A stretch of DNA of 63,932 nucleotides, the filler included, from Octopus bimaculoides (lineage: Eukaryota): the NCBI RefSeq assembly GCF_001194135.2. It is 5 parts of 4 records of this genome, joined end to end, with 100 filler letters (N's around TTAATTAATTAA, not from the genome) between each part and the next. Parts side by side here need not be neighbours in the genome. Positions count along the whole stretch, not along the records: positions 1 to 20,525 come from NC_068985.1; 4 more parts are not named here. One strand, 5' to 3'. A model generated the notes under the pieces. The model was not told the origin of the DNA, did no database searches, and was given only the letters and a program-made list of their open reading frames with translations. The position numbers and the translations under genes were made by a program. Positions 1 through 12,414 of this stretch are shown here, piece by piece. Numbering within the stretch: position 1 is the stretch's first letter; every line of letters begins with the position of its first letter.

Positions 1-117
1 TATATATACATGCGCACAATTATCTGCATATGTATGCATGTAGGTATATGTGTGTATGAATGTATGTATGTATGTATGTATGTAGGTATGTATCTATGTA
101 TGCTCCTCACCATTTGA

Positions 118-127
118 ATCATCATGC

Positions 128-162
<35 letters not shown>

Positions 163-210
163 GTTATCATCATCATCATCATCATCGTTGTTGTCGTCGT
201 CGTCGTCATC
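118..210. repeat. (ATC)n/(GTC)n trinucleotide microsatellite
   Basis: Directly visible; explains the spurious poly-I/V ORF 124..510. Confidence 0.95.
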
Positions 211-596
211 ACCAGTAACAGCACTATTTTACTATACATAATCCAGAAGGCAGTTTTTATGGTGTGTTTACATCATTTTTACCAATTTTGGTTGACTTCA
301 GGGCAGTTTTTATATTCTGCAGGATTAAGTAACAAACCTGGAACAATGGAGATTAATTCTGATAGTTTTGGTAGTTCTCATGGCGACGGTGATAGTGGTC
401 ATGGTAACGGTGATAGTGGTCATAGTGGTCATGCAACTGGTGGTATCTGTCGGCAGCATGGTAGCAATGGTGGTGGTGGTGGTGGGGGTGGGGGTGGTCG
501 AGGACAGTAATGATGGAAGGGAAAGCGAAAAGACCACAGGATGATATCAGTACATCGTTCGTTCCGCGACAGGATTAGGCGGCAAAATACGTAACG

Positions 597-627
<31 letters not shown>

Positions 628-1249
628 CAGCGCCACNNNNNNNNNNNNNNNNNNNNNNNNNNNNNNNNNNNNNNNNNNNNNNNNNNNNNNNNNNNNNNNN
701 NNNNNNNNNNNNNNNNNNNNNNNNNNNNNNNNNNNNNNNNNNNNNNNNNNNNNNNNNNNNNNNNNNNNNNNNNNNNNNNNNNNNNNNNNNNNNNNNNNNN
801 NNNNNNNNNNNNNNNNNNNNNNNNNNNNNNNNNNNNNNNNNNNNNNNNNNNNNNNNNNNNNNNNNNNNNNNNNNNNNNNNNNNNNNNNNNNNNNNNNNNN
901 NNNNNNNNNNNNNNNNNNNNNNNNNNNNNNNNNNNNNNNNNNNNNNNNNNNNNNNNNNNNNNNNNNNNNNNNNNNNNNNNNNNNNNNNNNNNNNNNNNNN
1001 NNNNNNNNNNNNNNNNNNNNNNNNNNNNNNNNNNNNNNNNNNNNNNNNNNNNNNNNNNNNNNNNNNNNNNNNNNNNNNNNNNNNNNNNNNNNNNNNNNNN
1101 NNNNNNNNNNNNNNNNNNNNNNNNNNNNNNNNNNNNNNNNNNNNNNNNNNNNNTATATATATATATATATATATATGTTTATATGTATGTATGTAAGGAT
1201 GAATGAATGTATGTGTTTGTGTACAACGTACTTCCAGATAATATTCTTC

Positions 1250-1380
1250 AACTAAATTCACTCCCAAAGAAGCGGTCGAACCAAGCCTATAGTACAAAAC
1301 ATTCACCTGAGGAGACGCTCAACAGGACTGAACCAAAAACCACGTGGTTGCAGAGCAAACTTCTTAACTACACAAACATG
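1250..1380 (-). mobile_element. Degenerate 5' half of SINE family S2
   Basis: Diverged match to the better copies at 32975-33128 and 63095-63258 (ctatagta..aagacac, actgaacc..accacgtggttg..agcaaacttcttaacta). Confidence 0.55.
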
Positions 1381-1639
1381 TCTAAGGCAATGTCACAACA
1401 CCATTTCGATTTATATCGTACTCGTTTGATTAATACAATTCTGTTTTTGACTTGTAGATCACTACTTCGTCTGAAATATTACCATTCAAAGATCCACTTT
1501 TTTTTTTGCCTGAGGATTACGTAAAAGATCACGTGGTTGTAGAATACATCGCCATTTCAACATCGACTTGGTTCGCTCTTGTAAGACACATATGAGTGTT
1601 TCGCAATTTCTTACTGAGCAACCTACACAGATGATTTAT

Positions 1640-1847
1640 CTATAGTGATCAGGTATTTGATCTGTACATTATTCATTCTAGTGGTGCACAGTGTGCCATA
1701 CGTCAAATGTTGAAGAGATCGCAAAACAACGTGATGTAAAGTGTTTTGCTCAAAAACACAACACACCATCCGATCCGGTCCAGGGATCGAAACTACGATC
1801 ACGTGATCGTCATTGCAGCATTTCAGCCACTGGGCTACATGCCTTCG
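1640..1847 (-). mobile_element. Degenerate SINE family S4 remnant
   Basis: aacgtgatgtaaagtgttttgctcaaaaacacaac and cagccactgggctacatgccttc match the copy at 11527-11848. Confidence 0.6.
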
Positions 1848-1858
1848 CATTATAATGT

Positions 1859-2247
1859 TGTTGTTGTTGTTGGCAATCCGTCGCTTACGACGTCGAGGGT
1901 TCCAGTTGATCCGATCAACGGAACAGCCTGCTCGTGAAATTAACGTGCAAGTGGCTGAGCACTCCACAGACACGTGTACTCTTAACGTAGCTCTCGGGGA
2001 TATTCAGCGTGACATAGTGTGACAAGGCTGACCCTTTGAATTACAGGCACAACAGAAACAGGTAATAAGAGTGAGAGAAAGTTGTGGTGAAAGAGTACAG
2101 CAGGGTTCACCACCATCCCCTGCCGGAGCCTCGTGGAGCTTAAGGTTTTTCGCTCAATAAACACTCACAACGCCCGGTCTGGGAATCGAAACCGCGATCC
2201 TATGACCGCGTGTCTGCTGCCCTGACCACTGGGCCATTGCGCCTCCA
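1859..2247 (-). mobile_element. Full-length tRNA-derived SINE family S3 with (AAC)n tail and target-site duplication
   Basis: On the minus strand, A box TGGCCCAGTGG and B box GGTTTCGATTCCC. Direct repeat cgcattataatgt at 1846-1858 and 2248-2260. Closely similar copy at 50165-50555. Confidence 0.9.
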
Positions 2248-2419
2248 CGCATTATAATGTATGCAGTGGAATATTTGGTTATATATTTCGATAAACAGAA
2301 TACTCATAGTCGAAACTGATGGAGGATCCTTTAGGTAAGAAACAAATGGCGCTCATGTTTGAGAAAGCGGTTTGTATGTATATGTGGACACTGGGAGTAC
2401 GTAGTTGTGTATTTGTGCT

Positions 2420-2454
<35 letters not shown>

Positions 2455-3072
2455 CTGTGCGTGTGTGTAATAAAACTGCCACATATTTTATGAAGAAAAT
2501 GGATGGATATTTTTTCTTCTTCCTGTTTCCTGTTTCGTCATCCATTTTAACTATAGTTGGATCATATCAAACTCTTATATCACCCTTCAAATTCTCACTC
2601 TCTCTCTCTGTTTTTATCTTTCTCTCTTCTTCCCTCTCTCCGCCTCTCTCTCTGCCTTTCTCCGTCTCTGCCCACCCCCTCTCGTAATACGTTTTATTCA
2701 AGCATACCACCCGAGGCTAACAATCATAAAAGAATTTTATCGATGGCAACACTTCATTTAGTTAACAAGTGTCTTCATCTTTCTCAATCATTATTTTGAA
2801 TATGTTTGTAAAAAACAAACAAAATCTCTAATTCTATGAACACGTATTTGTTTGACTTCCTTTTTTCTGAACACGGCATTTTTTTGTTTTGATTTTTAAT
2901 GTGGGTTTCTTTTTACAAACATGTACACAGATATACACACAAACATACACACACTCGAACACACAGGCATACGGACTGCACACGAAACAAACCCACACGT
3001 ATACAAACATACATACAACCTCACACACATGCCTGTGTATATGTATTTATGAAAGAATGAATATATCAATTC

Positions 3073-3121
<49 letters not shown>

Positions 3122-3478
3122 NNNNNNNNNNNNNNNNNNNNNNNNNNNNNNNNNNNNNNNNNNNNNNNNNNNNNNNNNNNNNNNNNNNNNNNNNNNNNNN
3201 NNNNNNNNNNNNNNNNNNNNNNNNNNNNNNNNNNNNNNNNNNNNNNNNNNNNNNNNNNNNNNNNNNNNNNNNNNNNNNNNNNNNNNNNNNNNNNNNNNNN
3301 NNNNNGAGAGAGAGAGAGAGAGTGAGCGAGACAGACAGAGATGGGGGAAGAGATACAAATACATACTTGTGTCCATATGTATGTATGTGTGTGTGTATAG
3401 GAACCTCTGTAACATATTTGCAGGCATAAATATGTGAGTATGTATGTTTGCATGTATGTATGTGTGTGTATGTATGTA

Positions 3479-3534
<56 letters not shown>

Positions 3535-4254
3535 CACACGTCTATCTGTCTATTTATCTATCTCTCTATCTCCATCTATTTATCTGTACATACATGCATA
3601 CATACATACATACATACATACATACATACATACATACATACATACATACGTGTATGCCTGTAATTTCATTTCGTATGATTCTTTGTCACAATAAGTATAA
3701 TAATTTAAAACTATTTATTTGTAATATGCCAACAAGAATTTCTCCCCGCCCCACCAAATTTGTTTCTTTACAGCAATGAATGCCTAGCAGCAAAATGTAA
3801 ACTCTTCGCCGGCCTTGAATGTGTGAAACAGTTTCGATCTTCAGTTGAAGTAAATTACCCTCTTCCAATTTTATCAATGCCTCTTCAGTACAAAGGATAA
3901 ATTAGACACTATCTCATGCAAAGCAACTGTTTCCCAAAGCAGAGCACAATGGATGTAAGATAATGAGATTTGTTTCACAAATATATAGAACCGGATTCGA
4001 TCTCGTTCCGTAGAGCACTAGACAAACTTTGGGCCGAGAAAATTACTAACCAACACTTGATATTCATTCTTTGGAATTTAACTGACGGAAAACAGCTTGA
4101 AACACCGAGGTAAGGGCCGTTCATGGTCTTTCATGGTAAATTTAATTGTCATCCGTTTAGAGACAACCACCTTCAGCGGAGTTTTATCTATCTATCTTTC
4201 TATCTATAGATAGATAGATAGATAGATTGATAGATAGATAGACATACATATGTG

Positions 4255-4450
4255 TTATTTAAAACAGTTTGATACAGCATCATGCGACTTAAAGTTTTGC
4301 GGGTCTCTAACAGAAACCCCGTTTCTTTCCGATTCAGATTTAGATTACTAAATCGATAGTGTAAGCCTGAAAAAGAAAATAGGTTTCTGTTAGAAGCGTG
4401 CGAAACTTTAAATCGCACGGAATCGAAACAAACTGTTTCAATTAATAATA
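4255..4450. mobile_element. MITE-like element with about 57-bp imperfect terminal inverted repeats
   Basis: 4262-4318 (aaacagtttgatac...ctaacagaaacc) is the imperfect reverse complement of 4382-4438. Confidence 0.65.
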
Positions 4451-5379
4451 CATATAACTCCTACAAAATGTGTTGAGTCCCTTTGTTTTCGTTTGTCATT
4501 TCAATCGAATATATANNNNNNNNNNNNNNNNNNNNNNNNNNNNNNNNNNNNNNNNNNNNNNNNNNNNNNNNNNNNNNNNNNNNNNNNNNNNNNNNNNNNN
4601 NNNNNNNNNNNNNNNNNNNNNNNNNNNNNNNNNNNNNNNNNNNNNNNNNNNNNNNNNNNNNNNNNNNNNNNNNNNNNNNNNNNNNNNNNNNNNNNNNNNN
4701 NNNNNNNNNNNNNNNNNNNNNNNNNNNNNNNNNNNNNNNNNNNNNNNNNNNNNNNNNNNNNNNNNNNNNNNNNNNNNNNNNNNNNNNNNNNNNNNNNNNN
4801 NNNNNNNNNNNNNNNNNNNNNNNNNNNNNNNNNNNNNNNNNNNNNNNNNNNNNNNNNNNNNNNNNNNNNNNNNNNNNNNNNNNNNNNNNNNNNNNNNNNN
4901 NNNNNNNNNNNNNNNNNNNNNNNNNNNNNNNNNNNNNNNNNNNNNNNNNNNNNNNNNNNNNNNNNNNNNNNNNNNNNNNNNNNNNNNNNNNNNNNNNNNN
5001 NNNNNNNNNNNNNNNNNNNNNNNNNNNNNNNNNNNNNNNNNNNNNNNNNNNNNNNNNNNNNNNNNNNNNNNATATATATATATATATATATATATATAAT
5101 GGAACTCTATACTATTTTCTCCTCCATCTTTCTATAATTCCCTTTTGCTACCCTTCACCATTTTTTGGTGTGTCTCTCTCTCCCCTCTTCCTCTTTTTCT
5201 CTCTTTCGTTGCTCACACGTGACCATCGCCCATCTTTCTTTTCCTCATGTGACCATTTTTTTCTTTTCCTGCATGACGTTCTAAGGACTGCAGTCTTCTA
5301 TCTCTCTTCTATCTTTTCTCTTTTCAGTGAAATTATTTCTCCCAGCGTTCGATATTTTCCCCTCATTCTGGTGTAACGG

Positions 5380-5665
5380 CCCTCCATGTTTGTTTTCGTT
5401 CGGTTTCCTTGTATGTATCCACTGTCCTGTTTTTGTTCCCAACTTTGACCCTACATAAATCCCAATTTTTATTTTGGATTTTATGGGAGCAACTGTCATC
5501 GAAGACTCATATTGTCGTTGAATGCTCGAAATGAAGATTAGATAGACAGTCGACAACTGATTGCGGGTCGTTCTTTGTGTTACTTGTCTTGTTTCCCATT
5601 GTTTCTCTCGTTGTTTTCGTATTTCATGTTGTTTACTATTGGTGACATCCTGTACCCATATATGC
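5380..5665 (+). mobile_element. Penelope-like terminal repeat (pLTR) family copy with degenerate hammerhead
   Basis: Homologous to the reverse complement of 31060-31240 (gtcgttgaatgc.cgaaa....agatagacag...tttcatgttg...ttggtgac.tcctgt.cccat). Helix-I pair ctgtc/gacag flanks GAAGA and GAAA boxes. PLE assignment is inference. Confidence 0.5.
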
Positions 5666-5669
5666 ATAT

Positions 5670-5670
5670 A

Positions 5671-5735
<65 letters not shown>
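5670..5735. repeat. (TAT)n microsatellite
   Basis: Directly visible. Confidence 0.95.
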
Positions 5736-5960
5736 GTATACACACACTATGTATGTATGTATGTTTTTAGAGTACGCTGTCCAACAGCATATCAATATTT
5801 GGATTATAGTTAAGTTCACCGCAGAGAAAGTTCACCACGAAGACAGATTACCGAGAAGATAAATCTATAGTTTCTCTCCATTAATAGTTAAAAACTATTT
5901 TATGAAAAAAAAAAAAAAAAAAAAAAAAGAGAGAAAATCGTGGTGAATTGATAACAACGA

Positions 5961-6237
5961 ACTTTCCTTGCGGTGAATTAATGACAGTAAACTTTCCCTG
6001 CGATGACTCGACGGTAAACTTTCCCTGCGGTGAAGTGATGCCGCTGAACGTTCCCTGCGGTGAAATGATGACAGTTAATTTCCCTGCGGTGAATTAACGA
6101 CGCTGAGCTTCCCCTGCGGTTAATCTAATGACAGTGAACTTTCCCTGCGGTGAATTAACGACAGTAAACTTTCGCTGCGATGACTTGATGACGGTAAACT
6201 TTCCCTGCGGTGAATCGATGACGGTGAACTTACCGGA
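5961..6237 (+). repeat. About 30-bp minisatellite, about 9 units (consensus ACTTTCCCTGCGGTGAATTAATGACAGTAA)
   Basis: Units start at about 5961, 5991, 6018, 6048, 6078, 6107, 6138, 6168 and 6198. An inverted partial copy lies at 5812-5835. Confidence 0.9.
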
Positions 6238-6627
6238 TATGAATATTTGCTCTTATGCAACAAGGTGCAATCTGATGATTCGAGAGATTCTCAGTTGTGT
6301 TTTTTTCCAGTTTCTCATAGATGTTCCGCCTCGTGCATGCCTTCTTGTACGATGTCAGAATGCAATAAAATTTCTTAATGACAGGATTGCAGCGATACCC
6401 ATATAAACCATTCGTCTGCTTTTATTGTCGTTTTACACCACGCTCAGGTTCTCTTCAAATTTAGACATTCTTGGAGTTGCAAACTACCAACACCTGTCGA
6501 TGCCCCTCCACCTGTGAGCTTCCCTTCATAAACTGGTTTCTTTACTTCTTGATTTGTGTTCTACCGTTTAACCATTAATGTTGTGTGCTTCATTTTAATA
6601 TGCATCAATCTTAATTGGCCCTCTTTA

Positions 6628-6677
<50 letters not shown>

Positions 6678-6840
6678 TTGTATGTATGTATATATCTATC
6701 TATTCGAATGTATGTATGTGTATATGTATGTATATATATATATTCTCTCTCTCTATATATATATGTATGTATATGTATATATATTCTTATATGTATCAAT
6801 TCGTATATATACATATATATATGTGTGAGTGTGTGTATAC

Positions 6841-6891
<51 letters not shown>

Positions 6892-7766
6892 TAAGTATAT
6901 ATACATATATTTATATATGTACATATATATATATACATATATAAATATATTATGTATGTGTGTGCGTGCGCCCGCGTGTGTGCGTGCGTGCGTGTGCATA
7001 AGCGCGGAAATGTAAAGTGGGGGGCGAGAGGGATAGAGAGAGCAGAAAGAGCTCATCATCATCATCGTCATCGTCGTCATCATCATCATCATCATCATCA
7101 TCATTATTATCATAATCATCAACATCATCAGCAAAAAAACAACAACATCGTCTCTATAGCGATATTCGAGTTATAACTTGTTAACGTTTTTTTTTCAGCC
7201 TTTAAATTAACTCCACAGCATACATTAAAAACGCTTTTTTCGCCTCTCGTTTGTACATGCAAATGATAATGATTTCATATATATATACATATANNNNNNN
7301 NNNNNNNNNNNNNNNNNNNNNNNNNNNNNNNNNNNNNNNNNNNNNNNNNNNNNNNNNNNNNNNNNNNNNNNNNNNNNNNNNNNNNNNNNNNNNNNNNNNN
7401 NNNNNNNNNNNNNNNNNNNNNNNNNNNNNNNNNNNNNNNNNNNNNNNNNNNNNNNNNNNNNNNNNNNNNNNNNNNNNNNNNNNNNNNNNNNNNNNNNNNN
7501 NNNNNNNNNNNNNNNNNNNNNNNNNNNNNNNNNNNNNNNNNNNNNNNNNNNNNNNNNNNNNNNNNNNNNNNNNNNNNNNNNNNNNNNNNNNNNNNNNNNN
7601 NNNNNNNNNNNNNNNNNNNNNNNNNNNNNNNNNNNNNNNNNNNNNNNNNNNNNNNNNNNNNNNNNNNNNNNNNNNNNNNNNNNNNNNNNNNNNNNNNNNN
7701 NNNNNNNNNNNNNNNNNNNNNNNNNNNNNNNNNNNNNNNNNNNNNNNNNNNNNNNNNNNNNNNNNN

Positions 7767-7824
<58 letters not shown>

Positions 7825-8149
7825 TCATTTATAGATACAATATATATATAGAGAGAGAGAGAAAGAGATAGGTAGATAGATAGATAGATATACATAAATA
7901 CATACATGAACAAATATATACACAGAAGCGCATACGTATATGTGAATATTAGGTTTTGTCAGTTTTCTCTTTTATTTAATTATTTATTGGTATTGTTTAT
8001 CTTTACATGTGAAATTGCGTAAACCAAAATATTATTTCTTCTAAACTGTGAAAATACATTTAGTAAAAACAAACAAATAATTCGAAAAGGATTGAAATTT
8101 TATTTTTAAAATTTGAATGAGAAAACTGATTATTGATTTAATATATTTA

Positions 8150-9130
8150 AATGTGTGGCAGAATAGTTAGCACGCCGAGCAAAATTCTCTGCGTTATTTG
8201 GACTGTTTTTACGTTCTGAGTTCAAATTCCACCGAGGTCGATTTTTGCCCTTCATTCTTTCGGGGGTTGATCAATTAAGTAACTGTTGAGCACAGGACTC
8301 AGCGTAAGCAACGTATCTCCTCCCGCTGAACTTGCAGGCCTTGTGCCAAAATTTGGACATCAAAGGCGATGAACTGATAGAATCGTTAGCACGCCGGACA
8401 AAATGCTGAGCAGTATTTAGTCCGTTTTAACATCCTGAGTTCAAATTCCTCTGAGGTCGATTTTTGCCCTTCATCCTTTCGGTGTTGATCAAGTAAGCAC
8501 CCGTTGAGCACCGAGCCCGATGTAAACAACTTATCTGCCCCTCCTTAACTTGCAGGCTTTGTGACAAAATTTGTGACCCGAAGGCGGCGAGCTGACAGAA
8601 TCATTAGCACTCGAGCAATATGCTTAGCGGTATTTCCTCCGTCTTAAGGATCTGAGTTCAAATCCGCCGAGGTCGTCTTTGCCTTTCATTCTTTCGGCCT
8701 CGTGTAATATATTTAGATAAGTGTAAGACGGCGAACTGGCAAAGTCGTTAGCACACCGGACACAGTGCTTAGCAGTATTTTATCTGTATCTATTTTTACG
8801 TTCTCAGTTCAAATTCCACCGTGTTCGATTTGGTCTTTTATGCTTTAAGGGTCGATAACATAAGTACCAGTTGAGTACGGAGGTCGATATAGTCAACTAG
8901 TCCCCTCCTCGGAACTTGCAGGCCTTGTACCAGAATTTGAAACCGATATGTTTAAATGTATGTCTTGACAGAACCGTTTGTGCATCGAACAAACCTCTGT
9001 AGAGTATTTTTTGCGGTTCTTTGCGGTCTGATTTCAAGTCCTGCATTGGTTAATTTTAACTTTCAACGCTCAGGGACCCATGAAATCCTGAGGTCGATGA
9101 TATCGACTGATATTTCTCCTTAACGTTGCT
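8150..9130 (+). mobile_element. Head-to-tail array of 4-5 SINE S1 copies
   Basis: Repeated gttagcac...ctgagttcaaat...gaggtcga...ttcat.ctttcgg...acttgcaggc.ttgtg at about 8150, 8363, 8580 (truncated), 8725 and a very decayed unit at about 8966. Confidence 0.85.
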
Positions 9131-9174
9131 GATATAGTTCCTCAATTAGAAAAAAATATTTTAATATATTTTTT

Positions 9175-9915
9175 TATCCTACTTGTTTTAGTCATTTCAC
9201 TGTGGTCATGCTGGAGCATCACCTTGAAGTGTTTAGTCCTGCAAATCGACACGAATATTTGGTTTTGTAAATCTGGTGCTTGTTCTATCAACCACTTTTG
9301 TCGAGCCGCAAAGTTAAAGGAGCGTAAACTAACCAACGCCGGCTGTCAGATGATATGGAAACAAACACGAACAAAAAGACATATACATACTTATGTACGT
9401 ATGTATGCATGTATGTATGTGTATGTATGTATGTATGTATGTGCATGTATACATATATGTGTGTGTGTATGTATACATATATGTGTGTGTATGTATGTTA
9501 TTGTTCAGTTTTATTTCAAGATTTCTTGCCAATAGAGAAAGAGCCGGTTTCTAACCTAGATCCAAGGCTCCGTCATTGGAATTTCAACATCAACAATAAG
9601 GTATTTTTGTATGTATGTATGTATGTATGTATGTATGTATGTATATGTGCGGACTTGTATGTTTTGTTTTATGTATGTATTCTCGTGCATTTAGTTGCAT
9701 ATTTAGACATACTCATATATATTTAAAAATGATAAACTTCTGGAAAGTTTTACATAATTTTACAGTTCCAGTATGTATGTATGTACACGACGGGCTTCCA
9801 AACAGTTTCTGTTTACCAAATTCACACGCAAGGCACTGGTTGAATCTTGACCAAGGTGTTGCGCAGTGCGATTGAATCCGAAAGCAATTGATTGCAAAAC
9901 CAAATTCTTAACCAT
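9175..9915 (-). mobile_element. Composite SINE S2, old copy interrupted inside its microsatellite by another repeat
   Basis: 3' half at 9175-9350, microsatellite, inserted repeat 9505-9775, 5' half at 9785-9915. Confidence 0.55.
9505..9775 (+). repeat. Unclassified dispersed repeat
   Basis: Reverse-complement homologue at 16870-17110 (tcaagatttcttg.caatagag...aatgataaacttctgg.aag.tttaca.a.ttt.acagttccagt) and a partial copy at about 16290-16370. Confidence 0.75.
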
Positions 9916-10554
9916 ACATTCGTTTTCTGTTATTTGAATTCTAATAAATACATTTAATTTACATTGTAATTCTTATTTACATTTCTCAGTTTTGAATCGT
10001 AGAATTTTACTCATTTAATTTTTCTAAAAGTTATCGTTTCTTGAAAACATGTCAGGTTTTTACAATTTAACATCTAAACCGAAATAAATGAATATAAGGC
10101 ATAATAAATAGATAAGTAAATAAATAAATAAAGCGTGGAAATTCTTGAAAACATAATCTCAAAGAATATTCTATTTGGATCAATAAAAGTATATTGTTGA
10201 TAAAATGATAATGTGTTATTGAAGTAGAAAAGCTCAGGTTTATAGATTTATAGCAAAGAGAATGAGATGGAATGACGAATTTAATATTTAGAAACATTAC
10301 TCATCATGGGAACGAAACGCCGAAGAATTAAGACTAATATGCGCACACACGCGCATGCGCATGCATACATAAGCTCACACGGACACATACATATGCAACA
10401 GTGGCGTTCGAAGCACATAACGTTGTGAATAATAGCTTACAAATATTGGGTTGAAAAGCTCTTTTGGATAGAAATTGTTTAAAGCTTTAAGTGCTACGAG
10501 ATCACTTATTCCAAAAAAGAATTATTTCACGTTCTCTCGAAAGTTCATTAATAT

Positions 10555-10790
10555 ATACGGGATGTGTTCAAAAAGTAGGTTGGCCGCCTCTGTTCCCGGT
10601 TGTTGGGCATAGAGTGTAGATGTGTAGTGCGCGCTTGTTGCATTTTCCTTTTCATGCAAGATGACCGAACGCATCGAGCAAAGACCATAATCCGATGTCT
10701 CACCACCAGTGAGGATGATCTTCATGAAGTCTGCGTCCTGCTTTGCACTGTCCGGCATGTCCTGAACGATTTCCATGCGGAGATCATGCT
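10555..10790 (-). mobile_element. mariner transposase remnant with TIR
   Basis: DADFMKIILTGGETSDYG resembles the mariner first-D motif (FL..IITGDETWVY.YD). tacgggatgtgttcaaaaagta at about 10556 resembles a mariner TIR. Confidence 0.7.
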
Positions 10791-10836
10791 CAAGATGTAT
10801 ACATACACATCTTTCTCTTTTTTCTCTCTCTTTCTT

Positions 10837-10877
<41 letters not shown>

Positions 10878-11242
10878 AAATATATATATAAATATACACA
10901 CACATGTGCACACATACACTTATACATACTTACATATTCATATATGAATACATACATGCATATACATACAAATGTACACACAAATATATATATATAAATA
11001 AATACATACACATACATATGCATACACACATATATAAACCTATATGTATACACATACGCATATATCTATCTACACACACACATACATATATATCCACACA
11101 CACACACACACACACACTCACACATGTACAGATATACTCATACATACGCACACACATATATAGATGTGCATCCATACATATGTATATAAATATATACAGA
11201 TAGACACATGCATACACACACATAGATATATACATATGCATA

Positions 11243-11283
<41 letters not shown>

Positions 11284-11526
11284 TATATATACACAATAAA
11301 TGAGGATAAAACTTTTTTTAAAAGTGTTTTATCAGTGGCCAGAACAAAATGAAACCGATGAACTTAGAAAGAAAATTTTCTAGCCTATATGCTGTGAAAT
11401 AGACACAACTGTCTCAGCTATTTAGTGTCTATTTCTCAGCATATAGGCTACAACATTTTCTTTCTAAGCTCTCATTATAGTTATATATATATACATATAT
11501 GTAGAGGCATACACATATATATAGGA

Positions 11527-11848
11527 CCACTTCGTCGGTTACAGCGACGAGGGTCCCAGCTGATACGATCAACGGAACAACCTACTCGTGAAATTAATGT
11601 GCAAGTGACTGAGCAATCCACAGACACGTGTACCCCTAACGTAGTTCTCAGGGAGATTCAGCGTGACACGGAGTGTGACAAGGCCGGCCCTTTGAAATAC
11701 AGGTACAACTCATTTTTACCAGCTGAGTGGACTGGAGCAACGTGAAATAAAGTGTCTTGCTCAAGGACACAATGCGTCGCCGGTAATTGAACTCATGACC
11801 TTACGATCATGAGCCGAATGTCCTAACCACTAAGCCACGCGCCTTCAC
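11527..11848 (-). mobile_element. SINE family S4 carrying the S3-type 3' tail
   Basis: tRNA-like head at 11790-11848, body ttgagcaagacactttatttcacgttgctccagtccactcagctg, tail shared with 1880-2030. Confidence 0.85.
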
Positions 11849-12285
11849 TGTACATATATATATATATANNNNNNNNNNNNNNNNNNNNNNNNNNNNNNNN
11901 NNNNNNNNNNNNNNNNNNNNNNNNNNNNNNNNNNNNNNNNNNNNNNNNNNNNNNNNNNNNNNNNNNNNNNNNNNNNNNNNNNNNNNNNNNNNNNNNNNNN
12001 NNNNNNNNNNNNNNNNNNNNNNNNNNNNNNNNNNNNNNNNNNNNNNNNNNNNNNNNNNNNNNNNNNNNNNNNNNNNNNNNNNNNNNNNNNNNNNNNNNNN
12101 NNNNNNNNNNNNNNNNNNNNNNNNNNNNNNNNNNNNNNNNNNNNNNNNNNNNNNNNNNNNNNNNNNNNNNNNNNNNNNNNNNNNNNNNNNNNNNNNNNNN
12201 NNNNNNNNNNNNNNNNNNNNNNNNNNNNNNNNNNNNNNNNNNNNNNNNNNNNNNNNNNNNNNNNNNNNNNNNNNNNNNNNNNNNN

Positions 12286-12348
<63 letters not shown>

Positions 12349-12414
12349 ATACTTCGATTGAAGTGGGCAGTGGTTGTAACTAATGAATCGTAATTTAGCG
12401 AGTGTAGTATAGTA

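Noticed and set aside
124-510. 128-aa ORF with poly-I/V and Gly-rich tail
   Set aside because: Built from (ATC)n, (GTC)n and (GGT)n microsatellites; no domain signal.
637-1153. Long ORFs spanning N runs throughout the window
   Set aside because: Artefacts of translating gaps.
2319-2345. ATG GAG GAT CCT TTA G|GTAAGA, a possible short exon with a strong donor
   Set aside because: A single splice-like motif with no partner exon or acceptor; expected by chance.
6128-6406. ORF with a Cys-containing 10-aa repeat
   Set aside because: The frame is broken by 27-, 29- and 31-bp units; explained by the minisatellite.
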